Shown: positions 30,451 to 40,404 of the stretch, in pieces
Layout: each line of letters begins with the position of its first letter
Position numbering within the stretch: the stretch's first letter is position 1
Assembly (NCBI GenBank): GCA_049587035.1
Contig: JBAVDD010000093.1
Span: 1 to 56,746 of the forward strand
Source of the DNA: Acidobacteriaceae bacterium
Lineage (GTDB): Bacteria; Acidobacteriota; Terriglobia; Terriglobales; Acidobacteriaceae
Length of the DNA: 56,746 bases
Reading direction: 5' to 3'
Translations under genes and position numbers: made by a program
The notes under the pieces: model-generated
What the model was told of the DNA's origin: nothing
The model's input: the letters and a program-made list of their open reading frames with translations, nothing else
Database searches by the model: none

Positions 30451-32295
30451 CTACTTGCGGCCCTGGATGGTCTTCGCAGCCGCTCCGCGCAGCCCTGGTT
30501 TGGGAGCGGAAGCCTTGCGCCGAGCTCGCTTCTCGGCGATATCCTTCATCTCGCGGCCGAGAGAGGTCTGGTTCATGATGAGCTGCTGGGCGATCATGAC
30601 GATATTGCCAACATTCCAGTAGAGCGCGAGACCAGCGGCGTAGGTCCAGGTCCAATAGCCGGAGACGAGCGGCATCATGAAGGCCATCATCTTCTGTTGC
30701 TTGGGATCAACGCCCGGCGACGGGGTATAGTACTGCGCCAGGAACGAGGTGACAACCATCAGGATGGGAAGAATGTGAAGAGGGTCGGCGACCGAGAGGT
30801 CGGGCATCCAGAAGAAGTGCGCCTGGCGGAGCTCGACTACCTTGGTCATCATTTCGAAGAAGGCAAACAGCAGCGGCAACTGGATCAGCGAAGGAATGCA
30901 GCCACCCAGCATGCTGACGCCGTTGGCCTTCTGCAGCGCCATGACCTCGGCGTTCATCTCGCCGGCCTTGGGGTCGGTGGCTTTGGGGTTCTTGTACTTC
31001 GCCTTGATGGCGTCGATCTGAGGCTGGATGCGCTGCATCTTGACAGCGGACTTCATGCCCTGCACGCGCAGGGGTACAAGAAACGCATAGATAATACACG
31101 TGAAGAGGATGATTGCCCATCCCCAGGAGTAATTGTTTACGCCAGTGTCATGCGGAGCGATGGCGGTGTGGACGGCGCGCAATCCGAGAAAGAGATATTT
31201 GGCAAGCGGGCCGAAGAAGCCGAAGTCGAGGAGCGGCTCAATCGAGTGACCATCGGCCGTGTGGATGCTTTTGAGAACATCTATGTCGTTGGGACCGACG
31301 AAGATGCGTGTCTCGTTGTGACCGGTGATCGAACCAACAGCAGCGCCAACGACCGGCAGGAGTTTTGAGCTTTCCTTGCTACCTGTCTCCTTGTTGCTCT
31401 TTACCTTACTGATATCAATCTTATGGCTCAGGGTGACGAGTTCGGCTTTATCCGGCTGGTCAGGCATGAAGACGGCGGCGAAGTACTGATCGCTGGGCCC
31501 AGCGAAGTCGAAGGGGCCATCGAGAGTTTTGCCGTCGCCGGCCTTCTTGTAGGAGATATGTTCGACCTTGCCGTTGGAGCTGGTAGCGACCTGTGCCTCG
31601 GCATACGAGTAGGCTGTGTCCATGTCGCCGAAGCCCGCGGGCCAGGAAAGCAGAGCGCGGACGGGGGCGCCATCGCGGAGGACTTCAGTGTTGGCGTGGA
31701 CGACGTAGTCGGAGCCGAAGGTGAAGGTCTTGGTGACGGAGATATTGCCGGCGGCGTACTTGAAGGTGAGTGTGGCAGGCGAGTGGAGCGTGCCGGTGGC
31801 CGAGGCGACGTAGAGCGCACTGGAGAGCTGCTTCGTCAGGCCGTCATCATTGGTGTAGAGCGAGAGCGGATAGCCGAAGAGCTCTGCGGCGCCCTGGTGC
31901 ACCATGTCCAGCGGATGCCCGGCGTTGTCCTTATATTTCTTGAGGATCCAGGAGGTCACCTCTCCGCCTTTATTGGAAAAGGTGATGCGGTAGAGATCGT
32001 TCTCAACCACGGTGGTGGTTTGGGCCTCGGCCACCACCGTTGGCGTAGCGGGACGGCCAGTGACTGCCGCCGTCGCGTGGGCAGTTGATGGAGCAGCGGT
32101 CGTCGCCGAGGCGGCAGGAGCGGAGGAGGCAGGCGTGGACAAGGCCGCGGGATGATCAGGCGATTCCAGCTTAGGGTTGCGCTGCGTGCGCCAATATTGC
32201 AGGCCAAAGATGACGCCGAGCATGACGATCATCATGACCAGAAACGAACGATTATCCTGGCTTCCGCCCTGATTGGGATTACGAATCTCTGGCAA
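30451..32295 (-). CDS. yidC: Membrane protein insertase YidC
   Basis: Periplasmic domain, WGWAII, GCIPSLIQLP, DPLHILP, GLALYW. Confidence 0.96.
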   Translation of the reverse strand: MPEIRNPNQGGSQDNRSFLVMMIVMLGVIFGLQYWRTQRNPKLESPDHPAALSTPASSAPAASATTAAPSTAHATAAVTGRPATPTVVAEAQTTTVVENDLYRITFSNKGGEVTSWILKKYKDNAGHPLDMVHQGAAELFGYPLSLYTNDDGLTKQLSSALYVASATGTLHSPATLTFKYAAGNISVTKTFTFGSDYVVHANTEVLRDGAPVRALLSWPAGFGDMDTAYSYAEAQVATSSNGKVEHISYKKAGDGKTLDGPFDFAGPSDQYFAAVFMPDQPDKAELVTLSHKIDISKVKSNKETGSKESSKLLPVVGAAVGSITGHNETRIFVGPNDIDVLKSIHTADGHSIEPLLDFGFFGPLAKYLFLGLRAVHTAIAPHDTGVNNYSWGWAIILFTCIIYAFLVPLRVQGMKSAVKMQRIQPQIDAIKAKYKNPKATDPKAGEMNAEVMALQKANGVSMLGGCIPSLIQLPLLFAFFEMMTKVVELRQAHFFWMPDLSVADPLHILPILMVVTSFLAQYYTPSPGVDPKQQKMMAFMMPLVSGYWTWTYAAGLALYWNVGNIVMIAQQLIMNQTSLGREMKDIAEKRARRKASAPKPGLRGAAAKTIQGRK

Positions 32296-32398
32296 AGAAT
32301 TCCTACTCTTTCCTTAGGCCGGTTGTGTTCACGGCGAGCGTACATCTAATGATAAATGGTGAAAGCGGCGATTGCGCCAAATGAGTGCAGCCTTCCTG

Positions 32399-32650
32399 TT
32401 AGGGAACCGGGTCGTGACCCCCGCGGGCAAACGGGTGGCAGCGACCCACGCGACGCGCTGCAAGCCAGCCTCCCCGCAGCCAGCCATGGCGGACGACAGC
32501 CACGTAGGCGTATTCGCTGCACGTAGGAAGGTACTTGCATTGGGTTGGAGCAAAGACGTTCAACAACGGGGACAAGACACGCTTGTGGATCGCCAACAGC
32601 CCTGAGGCGATGCGTTCACGGCGGTCACTGGCAGCAGCTGTGTCGGTCAT
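32399..32650 (-). CDS. yidD: Membrane protein insertion efficiency factor
   Basis: CKYLPTCSEY and RCHPFARGGHDPVP; ATGA overlap with rnpA stop. Confidence 0.93.
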   Translation of the reverse strand: MTDTAAASDRRERIASGLLAIHKRVLSPLLNVFAPTQCKYLPTCSEYAYVAVVRHGWLRGGWLAARRVGRCHPFARGGHDPVP

Positions 32651-33084
32651 GGCGCCACGGAAGCGGTGCCGGCTTCTGAGGTTGACGCAGAGCGCTGAGC
32701 CGTTCGACTGGAGGCCGCCCGATCGCAGGCTGCCTGCACGCTGCGGAAGATGGTAGCGACCTCGCGCTTGAGTTGCGCGAACTCGAGATCGATCACGGAG
32801 CGTCGCGGATGCAGAATGACGTCCACGGGAGCGGTCAGATGCGGGAGGCCGGCTCGAACCGCCTCGCGCATGCGGCGCTTGATGCGGTTGCGGTCCACGG
32901 CATCGCCCAGGGCCTTGGGTACGGTTAGTCCGATACGTGGCCCGGGAGTCTCCGACCGCCGGTCTGCCGGCCGCAGCGCATGAAAGTATGCCAACTGCTT
33001 GCCAAACTGCTTGCGGCCCGCCTTGTACACCAGCTGGTAGTCGGCGTGTTTGCAGAGGCGATGCGAGTTGTTGGCGATCAACAT
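32647..33084 (-). CDS. rnpA: Ribonuclease P protein component
   Basis: RIGLTV, AVDRNRIKRRMRE motif. Confidence 0.93.
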   Translation of the reverse strand: MLIANNSHRLCKHADYQLVYKAGRKQFGKQLAYFHALRPADRRSETPGPRIGLTVPKALGDAVDRNRIKRRMREAVRAGLPHLTAPVDVILHPRRSVIDLEFAQLKREVATIFRSVQAACDRAASSRTAQRSASTSEAGTASVAP

Positions 33085-33093
33085 GGGGCATGC

Positions 33094-33546
33094 TCAGGTT
33101 CCGGAAGGCTTGGTTGCGCTCTCGGGCAGCGACGTGAGGGGAACTCCGTCAACTCCAGCAAGCTGTTCGGCGATGGAGCGTGTCATCGGTGTCTGTTCGC
33201 CGCCGGTATGCTCCGTGGAGACGGTTTCAATCAGCGCCAACCAAGTCTCTTCGGTAGCCGAAGTGTTGTGGCGAACACCTCGCGGTACAACGAAGAACTC
33301 GCCCGGGCGAACCACAACATTCCCACCATCAGCCTTGGCGCGGCCAATCTGCAGCTCTCCACGGAGCACGAGGAACATCTCGTCTTCAAGGGCGTGCGCA
33401 TGCCAGGGAAACTCCCCTTGGACACGCGCTACCTTGATGTACTGATTGTTGACCTGACCGACGACTCGCGGAGACCAAAGCTCAGAGAGAGCGCTGCACG
33501 CGAGTTCCAGATTTACTGGTTTCGGGCTAACCGGATGCGATGGCAT
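33094..33546 (-). CDS. Cupin-domain protein
   Basis: WHAHALEDEMF and VPRGVRH metal motifs. Confidence 0.88.
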   Translation of the reverse strand: MPSHPVSPKPVNLELACSALSELWSPRVVGQVNNQYIKVARVQGEFPWHAHALEDEMFLVLRGELQIGRAKADGGNVVVRPGEFFVVPRGVRHNTSATEETWLALIETVSTEHTGGEQTPMTRSIAEQLAGVDGVPLTSLPESATKPSGT

Positions 33547-33581
33547 CGGTGTTGGATCCTTGAGAGGAACGAGGAGAGGGA

Positions 33582-33737
33582 CTAGTCGCGGAAGCCTGCG
33601 GAGACGGCAATCTTGTGACGGCCCTTGGCCCGGCGGCGGTTGAGAACAGCTGCGCCAGCCTTGGTGGCCATGCGGGTCAGAAAGCCGTGAACCTTGCTAC
33701 GGCGGCGGCGGTTGGGTTGAAAGGTGCGCTTGGGCAT
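33582..33737 (-). CDS. rpmH: 50S ribosomal protein L34 (absent from ORF track, 51 aa)
   Basis: Manual translation [51 protein letters not shown]. Confidence 0.97.
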   Translation of the reverse strand: MPKRTFQPNRRRRSKVHGFLTRMATKAGAAVLNRRRAKGRHKIAVSAGFRD

Positions 33738-34273
33738 CGTGTTCTTCCTGTCTCAAATCTCGAAGTTGTCTGCTGGCCTCAGATGCCGGTGCCGTTTGGC
33801 GATGGATCCGGACGAGGACGCATGGGAGAGGCCATAAAGCCTGCTCGACAGCAAGATTCAAGTATATCCGACTTGAGGAAAACGGGCAACGAAATACCTC
33901 CGGCGCGCTTCACATGCAGTTGACCGACGCGGTTACCGATGACGCCTCGCCGATTCTTCACTACGGATGGTGCAACTCAAAAAAAGTTTCTCGATTTGGT
34001 TAATTTCGCTTGCCAGAGAGGACCAGTTGACGTGCTAGTATCGATTCCGTTCCGTGATGTGTGAATGACTCGTGGTTGAAAATATCCAACGGGCCAAAGA
34101 GTTGCTTCATTCCTCCAACGCGTAGTAGAGTGCTGGACTTCAACATCATTTCAGGATGGTCTGGATTCGCGACGTGATCGCGAACATGGACTTCTGTTGC
34201 TTCTTTTTCGAATACCGACAGGCCGATATTTGCAACAGTGGACGACTTCAGGAAAGTAAGGAAGACTTAGACG

Positions 34274-35686
34274 ATGTCATTTGTTCCAGTCCCGGCTGCT
34301 GTACTGAACCAGTGGGTCCGCATTCTTGGTGCGCTTGAGAAAAAAATCAATCGGCAGAGCTTTGAAACCTGGCTCAAACCGACACGTTTCTCGCACATCA
34401 GTGGCCGCACGCTGCACGTGCGCATTCCCTCCGAAGAGTTCCAGCACGTCGGCGATCGCTATGGCGATCTGATCGGCGAGGCCATCGACAACCTGGGCCT
34501 CGAGATCGATCAGGTGGTCTTCCAGGTGCCACCGCAGGAGGCTCCTGCGCGCGTCCGTGAGGACGGCGGCTTCGCACCGCAGCCCAGCCACAGCCAGAAC
34601 GCTCCACGCCGCGGTGGCACGACTCCGATGCCCGCCGGACCAGAGCAGTCGCGCTTTGATTGGAACACTGCCGCGCAGCTGAATCCGCGCTACATGTTCG
34701 ACTCGTTCGTCATTGGCAGCGGCAATCAGTTTGCCCAGGCCGCCGCGCAGGCAGTCGCCGAGCGCCCGTCGAAGGCTTACAACCCGCTCTTCCTTTACGG
34801 CGGCGTTGGGCTCGGCAAGACCCATCTCATGCAGGCCATCGGGCACCTCGTGAAGGCGCGCAATCCGCTGGCTTCGGTAAGCTACGTCTCCGGTGAGAAG
34901 TTCACCAACGAGATGATCAACTCGGTCCGCTACGACAAGATGCAAGGCTTCCGCGATCGCTATCGCTCGGTCGACGTGCTGCTGCTCGACGACATCCAGT
35001 TTCTCGCCGGCAAGGAGCGCACCCAGGAGGAGTTCTTCCATACCTTCAACGCGCTGCACGAGCAGAGCAAGCAGATTGTCGTCGCCAGCGATCGTCCTCC
35101 CAAAGAGTTGAACGACTTCGAAGATCGTCTACGCTCGCGCTTTGAGTGGGGTCTGGTAGTCGACATCCAGCCGCCTGATCTCGAGACCAAGGTTGCGATT
35201 CTGCAGCGCAAGGCCGAGCTCGAACAGACCACACTGCCAACCGACGTCGCTCTATTTATCGCCGGCAACGTGCGCACCAACGTCCGCGAACTCGAAGGCG
35301 CGTTAGTGCGACTGATCGCCTGGTGCTCTCTTCACGGCGTCGAAATTACTTTGCCGACGGCCCAGCAGTGCCTGAAGCAGTTCATCGACACGCAGGTGCG
35401 CAAGATCACCATCGAAGCGATTCAGCGCGCCGTGGCCGAGTCGTTTGGCATGCGCGTCGCTGAGTTGAAGCAGAAGAACAACTCGCGGCAGATCGTGGTG
35501 CCGCGGCAGATTGCGATGTACCTCGCCAAGCAGCTCACCGAGGCCAGCCTACCGGAGATTGGAAGGCAGTTCGGCGGCAAGCACCACACGACTGTCATGC
35601 ACTCGATCGCCAAGATCGACGGACAGCGCCGCACTGACAAGGACCTGAACCGCACCGTCAACAAGCTGATGGAGACGCTGGGCTAA
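34274..35686 (+). CDS. dnaA: Chromosomal replication initiator DnaA
   Basis: YNPLFLYGGVGLGKTHL, QEEFFHTFN, RLRSRFEWG, NVRELEGAL, GGKHHTTV. Confidence 0.98.
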   Translation: MSFVPVPAAVLNQWVRILGALEKKINRQSFETWLKPTRFSHISGRTLHVRIPSEEFQHVGDRYGDLIGEAIDNLGLEIDQVVFQVPPQEAPARVREDGGFAPQPSHSQNAPRRGGTTPMPAGPEQSRFDWNTAAQLNPRYMFDSFVIGSGNQFAQAAAQAVAERPSKAYNPLFLYGGVGLGKTHLMQAIGHLVKARNPLASVSYVSGEKFTNEMINSVRYDKMQGFRDRYRSVDVLLLDDIQFLAGKERTQEEFFHTFNALHEQSKQIVVASDRPPKELNDFEDRLRSRFEWGLVVDIQPPDLETKVAILQRKAELEQTTLPTDVALFIAGNVRTNVRELEGALVRLIAWCSLHGVEITLPTAQQCLKQFIDTQVRKITIEAIQRAVAESFGMRVAELKQKNNSRQIVVPRQIAMYLAKQLTEASLPEIGRQFGGKHHTTVMHSIAKIDGQRRTDKDLNRTVNKLMETLG

Positions 35687-35707
35687 CGAGCAGGAAGTAG
35701 TTAGTAG

Positions 35708-35740
35708 CAAAGGCCGCCAGAGTTGGCGGCCTTTGTGTTT
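35708..35740. terminator. Intrinsic terminator after dnaA, possibly bidirectional
   Basis: CAAAGGCCGCCA-GAGT-TGGCGGCCTTTG followed by TGTTTT. Confidence 0.8.
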
Positions 35741-35755
35741 TGTGGTGGTTTGGAT

Positions 35756-36664
35756 TTACGGAGTGAGGATGATCTTGCCGATGCCGCCGCGCTCGCCCTT
35801 GGCGTGGCCCTCTGCGGCTTCGGAGAGTGGAAGGACGAGGTCGATGGGGAGCTTGAACTTGCCATCGCGAATGGCTTCGGCGAAGTGCACCATGGCGGCG
35901 GGATCTGGTTGGGATCCGAAGGCGTTGATGTGGACGGAGGGATGGAGCTCTGCGCCGCGCGGTGGACCGACGATACTGCCGTAGTTGCCGCCGGACTTGA
36001 CGTGCGTAAGTAGCTTGGGCGCGAGGTCTCCGCCAATGCAGTCGGCGACGGCATCCACTGTTCCGACTCTGCGCAGCGAGGCGTCATCGGTTATGTCGAT
36101 GGCCTGTTGTGCGCCCAATGCCAGGGCCTCGTCGATCTGCGTGGCGCGCACGCCTGCAATGACGGTTGCGCCGAGCTCCAGCGCGCGGTAGAGGGCCAGC
36201 CGGCCGACGCTGCCGAGCGCTCCGGTGAGCAGGATGGTTTGGCCTGCCTTTGTATTCGCGGCCTTCACGATCAACTGGTCCGCGGTGGTGGCGATGACGG
36301 GGAGCGCTGCGGCGGTGTTGAAGTCAACGCCGTCGGGAATCTTTGCAAGGCCGGATACGTCAGCGGCGACGAGCTCCGCATAGGCCTTTGGAGCGCGGCC
36401 GAAGACGCGATCGCCGGGCGCGAATGCTGTGACTCCCTCGTCGCAAGAGCGCACGACGCCGGCTACGTCGAAGCCAAGGATGGCAGGGAACTCCACAGGA
36501 AAGATCTCTCGCGCTTCGCCACCGCGCATCTTCCAGTCGATAGGGTTGATGCCCGCGGCGTGGACCTCGATGAGCACCTGGTTGGGGCCAACTGTGGGCG
36601 CGGCTACGTCTTCAACATGCAGGTTGGAAGACGGGCCGTAGGCGTGCAGGACAACAGCTTTCAT
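35756..36664 (-). CDS. NADP-dependent MDR/quinone oxidoreductase
   Basis: AAGINPIDWK, LGFDVAG, GALGSVG, GKIIL. Confidence 0.9.
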   Translation of the reverse strand: MKAVVLHAYGPSSNLHVEDVAAPTVGPNQVLIEVHAAGINPIDWKMRGGEAREIFPVEFPAILGFDVAGVVRSCDEGVTAFAPGDRVFGRAPKAYAELVAADVSGLAKIPDGVDFNTAAALPVIATTADQLIVKAANTKAGQTILLTGALGSVGRLALYRALELGATVIAGVRATQIDEALALGAQQAIDITDDASLRRVGTVDAVADCIGGDLAPKLLTHVKSGGNYGSIVGPPRGAELHPSVHINAFGSQPDPAAMVHFAEAIRDGKFKLPIDLVLPLSEAAEGHAKGERGGIGKIILTP

Positions 36665-36719
36665 GGGTTACCTCTGACGGATGAGATGCGCGAGCTGGCA
36701 GTGTCGTTGCTGCGTAAGG

Positions 36720-37259
36720 TTACAGGAGTGAGGGGTCGATGAAGGGCCGCCAATCGTCTCCTTCGGCGAGAGACTTGATGCGAGCGAAGCGTTGGCGGCA
36801 AAGCTTGTGCACGTGGGGAACCAGCAGAAGGCGACCGGCGATGCGTCCCAGCACGCCGAAGGGAAGGCTGAACCGCACCTCTTCGCGCAGCTCGGTGATC
36901 GGCGCGCCTGTGGCGAGGTCATTCGATTCGTAGAAGTGGTGGTCGTGCTGGAAGAAGGCGAAGCGGCCACGTTCCTGAGTGTCCTGAAAGAAGGCCTCGG
37001 TCGTGATGGCGTGGTCATCGACGCGGAGGAGATGTTCGTGGGGCGGGATGAAGGCGGTGATGAGGGTGTGGTGCCCCGTGGGAAGACCGAACTTCCATCC
37101 GCGCCAGACGACGCGGCTGCCCGAGCCTACGTGGCCCGATGTAACGCCGCCGACCGGCTTCATACCGAGCGTCTCTCTCACCAGCTCAATGCGCGTGGAG
37201 AGATGAAAGACGCGCTCAATCTGCGCCTGAATGAGGACGCTTTCACGAACGGTGAACAT
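36720..37259 (-). CDS. SRPBCC-family protein
   Basis: IERVFHLS, FQDTQERGRFAFFQHDHHF, LPFGVLG. Confidence 0.78.
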   Translation of the reverse strand: MFTVRESVLIQAQIERVFHLSTRIELVRETLGMKPVGGVTSGHVGSGSRVVWRGWKFGLPTGHHTLITAFIPPHEHLLRVDDHAITTEAFFQDTQERGRFAFFQHDHHFYESNDLATGAPITELREEVRFSLPFGVLGRIAGRLLLVPHVHKLCRQRFARIKSLAEGDDWRPFIDPSLL

Positions 37260-37389
37260 GGCTTCCCTTAGTATGCGGGGAAGTAGCGTGCCGTGACTAC
37301 GACGCTTGCGTGGGATGAACGCTGTACACGCCTTGCTTTCAGTGCATGGATAGGTTCACGCTAGAAGCGTCAGGTTCACAGCTCCAAAA

Positions 37390-39423
37390 TCACAACTCCA
37401 TGGCGTGTTCCGCGACCAGTTTCTTTGTGCGCTCGAGGAAGGCGTCGACCGTGACGCTGCCCTCATCGCCCTTCGCGCGCACGCGGACGCTGACGTTATC
37501 GCTAGCAGCTTCTTTGTCGCCCAGGATGAGGATGAACGGAACCTTCTGCAACCCGAAGTCGCGAATCTTCGCATTCATCTTCTGGTTACTAAGATCGGCC
37601 TCCACGCGCAACCCTGCGGCTTCGAGGCGCTGCTGCACGCTCTTCGCGTACTCGTGGTGCTTCTCGCTGATGGGCACCAGGCCCACCTGCACCGGCGCAA
37701 GCCAGAAGGGAAACGCCCCAGCGTAGTGCTCAATCAACACACCAAAGAATCGTTCGACAGATCCAAACAGCGCACGATGCACCATCACTGGTTGATGCGC
37801 CGCGCCGTCCTCGCCAATGTACTCAAGCTCGAACCGCTTAGGCAGGTTGAAGTCGAACTGGACGGTGCTGAGCTGCCACAGGCGACCCAGCACATCGACG
37901 AGCTTGATATCGATCTTCGGGCCGTAGAAGGCGGCTTCGCCGGGGAAGCTCTGAAAGCTAAGCCCGCGCTGCGTCAGCACGCCCTTCAGCGCACCCTCGG
38001 CGTGCGCCCAGTCGGCGTCGGAGCCGACGAAGTCGCCTGCCTTGTTCGGGTCGCGCGTCGAAAGCTCCACCCGATACTCCTTGAACCCAAACGTCTTCAG
38101 CACCGACTCCGCGAAGTCCAGGCAGGCCTCGATCTCGCTTGTGATCTGGTCCGGAGTGCAGAAGATATGAGCATCGTCCTGCGTAAACCCGCGCACCCGC
38201 AGCAGTCCATGCATCGTGCCACTGCGCTCATAGCGATACACGTTGCCCAACTCCGCATAGCGCTGCGGCAGGTCGCGGTAGCTCTTCGGCGCATTCTTAT
38301 AAATCAGAATATGTCCCGGGCAGTTCATCGGTTTCAGCCGATACTCGGCGTCGTCCAGCTCCATCGGCGGGTACATATTCTCCGAGTAGTAGCCCTCATG
38401 CCCGCTGATCTTCCACAACTCACGGCGCATAATGTGCGGCGTAAACACCATGTGATAGCCACGCCGTATGCACTCCTCGCGCATCCAGTCTTCCATCGTC
38501 TTGCGGATCAGCCCGCCCTTCGGATGCCAGAAGATAAGCCCCGCGCCAGCAACCTCCTGGATCGAAAACAGGTCAAGCTGTTTGCCCAGCACACGATGAT
38601 CGCGAGCCTTGATCTCCTCCAACTGTTTGAAGTGAGCATCAAGATCCTTGGCATTAAAAAACGCAGTGCCATAGATGCGCTGCAGTTGCTGGTTCTTCTC
38701 ATCGCCCAGCCAGTATGCGCCGGCAATCGACATCACCTTGAACGCCTTCACCCGGCCCGTCGACGGCACATGCGGCCCGCGGCAGAAGTCCGTAAAGCCA
38801 CCATTCTTGTACAACGAAATCTCATCGCCAGCCTTCGTAAAGCGCTCAATGAAGTGGACCTTCATGAACTCCCCACGCGCGCCGTACTCGGCAAGTCCAG
38901 ACTCCCGCGACTCAATCACCTGCACAAACGGCTCATCGCGCGCCACCACATCGGCCATGCGCGCCTCGATAGCCGCAAGGTCAGCCTCCGTAAACGGCAC
39001 CTCGCGATACACATCGTAGAAGAATCCATTGTCCGTAGCAGGCCCATGCCCCAGCTTGGTCTCCGGAAAAAGCTCCAGCAGCGCGGTAGCCATAATATGC
39101 GCCGCCGAGTGGCGAGCCACGCGCAGCGCCGCCGGATCATTCTCCTTCAGCAACTCCAGCGCCACATCGTCATGCAACGGTGTGTTCAAGCCAACAACGC
39201 GCTCGCCGGCAGCACTCTCGCCGGAGTACATAGCCTCTTCCGAAAGCTCCAGCGCCGTCTCATTCGCATTCGCCGCAACAAGCGCAACCGGGCGAACACG
39301 GGCAACAACAACAGCGGCAGCCAGCCGCGGCGAGATACTGTTAGCGATCTCCAGCGGCGTTGTTCCCCTGGGAACTTCGCGGATGGAGCCGTCAGGAAGC
39401 TGGATCTTGATAAGGTTGCTCAC
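37390..39423 (-). CDS. thrS: Threonine--tRNA ligase
   Basis: TGS domain, RHSAAH, DFCRGPHV, KPMNCPGH, RVRGFTQDDAH, HRALFGSVERF; GTG start. Confidence 0.97.
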   Translation of the reverse strand: MSNLIKIQLPDGSIREVPRGTTPLEIANSISPRLAAAVVVARVRPVALVAANANETALELSEEAMYSGESAAGERVVGLNTPLHDDVALELLKENDPAALRVARHSAAHIMATALLELFPETKLGHGPATDNGFFYDVYREVPFTEADLAAIEARMADVVARDEPFVQVIESRESGLAEYGARGEFMKVHFIERFTKAGDEISLYKNGGFTDFCRGPHVPSTGRVKAFKVMSIAGAYWLGDEKNQQLQRIYGTAFFNAKDLDAHFKQLEEIKARDHRVLGKQLDLFSIQEVAGAGLIFWHPKGGLIRKTMEDWMREECIRRGYHMVFTPHIMRRELWKISGHEGYYSENMYPPMELDDAEYRLKPMNCPGHILIYKNAPKSYRDLPQRYAELGNVYRYERSGTMHGLLRVRGFTQDDAHIFCTPDQITSEIEACLDFAESVLKTFGFKEYRVELSTRDPNKAGDFVGSDADWAHAEGALKGVLTQRGLSFQSFPGEAAFYGPKIDIKLVDVLGRLWQLSTVQFDFNLPKRFELEYIGEDGAAHQPVMVHRALFGSVERFFGVLIEHYAGAFPFWLAPVQVGLVPISEKHHEYAKSVQQRLEAAGLRVEADLSNQKMNAKIRDFGLQKVPFILILGDKEAASDNVSVRVRAKGDEGSVTVDAFLERTKKLVAEHAMEL

Positions 39424-39520
39424 GTTACAAGGATAGTGCATCGGGCGCGAAGGGCGTGCGATTTCGATACAATGGCAAAGGTCCCTGGCACACAGTGCGG
39501 GGCAGGAGCGAATCCCGGCG

Positions 39521-40372
39521 ATGACCTGGTTCAAGCGAGATGAGCACGAGATTTCCCCCACCCCGGATCACGAGGTGCGGACCCAAGGGCTCTGGATCAA
39601 GTGTGAGCAGTGCCGAAAGACCCTCTGGAAGGCCGATCTCGACGCCAACATGCAGGTGTGTACGAACTGCGGCAAGCACTTCAAACTGAGCGCTCGCGAC
39701 CGCATCGAAAGCCTGCTCGAGCCCGGCTATGAGCTGGTAGATCTCGGTCTACGCTCCACCGATCCGCTGGAGTTCACCGACCTGAAGCCCTACAAAGGTC
39801 GCCTCGCCTCGGCGCAGAAGTCGACCGGCCTCAACGACGCCATCATCAACGCCATCGGCCGAATCGGCGAGCAGGAAGTCGTTCTTTCCGTGATGGAGTA
39901 CGGCTTTATCGGCGGCAGCATGGGGTCCGTGATGGGCGAAACCATCGCCCGCGCGGTGGACCGCTCGCTCGAGCGCCGCGTGCCCTTGATCATCGTCTCC
40001 TCCAGCGGCGGCGCGCGCATGATGGAGGGAATCGCCAGCCTGATGCAGATGGCCAAGGTCTCCGCCGGCCTGGCGAAGATGGACGACGCAAAGATCCCCT
40101 TCATCAGCCTGATGACCGACCCAACCACTGGCGGCGTGACGGCTAGCTTCGCGATGCTTGGCGACCTGAACATCGCCGAGCCTGGCGCGCTCATTGGCTT
40201 TGCTGGGCCGCGCGTGATCGAGCAGACCATCCGGCAGAAGCTTCCCGAAGGCTTCCAGCGCTCAGAGTTCCTACTCCAGCACGGCTTCCTGGACGCCGTC
40301 GTCGAGCGCAAAGACTTGAAGGCCTATCTCGCCGAAACACTGAAGTGGATGGCCGAAGGCGCCACAGTCTAA
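39521..40372 (+). CDS. accD: Acetyl-CoA carboxylase carboxyltransferase beta subunit
   Basis: C4 zinc finger, GGSMG, SGGARM, PTTGGVTASF, FQRSEFL. Confidence 0.96.
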   Translation: MTWFKRDEHEISPTPDHEVRTQGLWIKCEQCRKTLWKADLDANMQVCTNCGKHFKLSARDRIESLLEPGYELVDLGLRSTDPLEFTDLKPYKGRLASAQKSTGLNDAIINAIGRIGEQEVVLSVMEYGFIGGSMGSVMGETIARAVDRSLERRVPLIIVSSSGGARMMEGIASLMQMAKVSAGLAKMDDAKIPFISLMTDPTTGGVTASFAMLGDLNIAEPGALIGFAGPRVIEQTIRQKLPEGFQRSEFLLQHGFLDAVVERKDLKAYLAETLKWMAEGATV

Positions 40373-40404
40373 CGATGGACTACCGCCGCGTATGAGCATG
40401 CGTC

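Noticed and set aside
37405..39543. 712-aa ORF antisense to thrS (likewise 49953-51440, 14234-15394, 8249-9265 and others)
   Set aside because: Shadow ORFs expected in high-GC, codon-biased genes; no recognisable domains.
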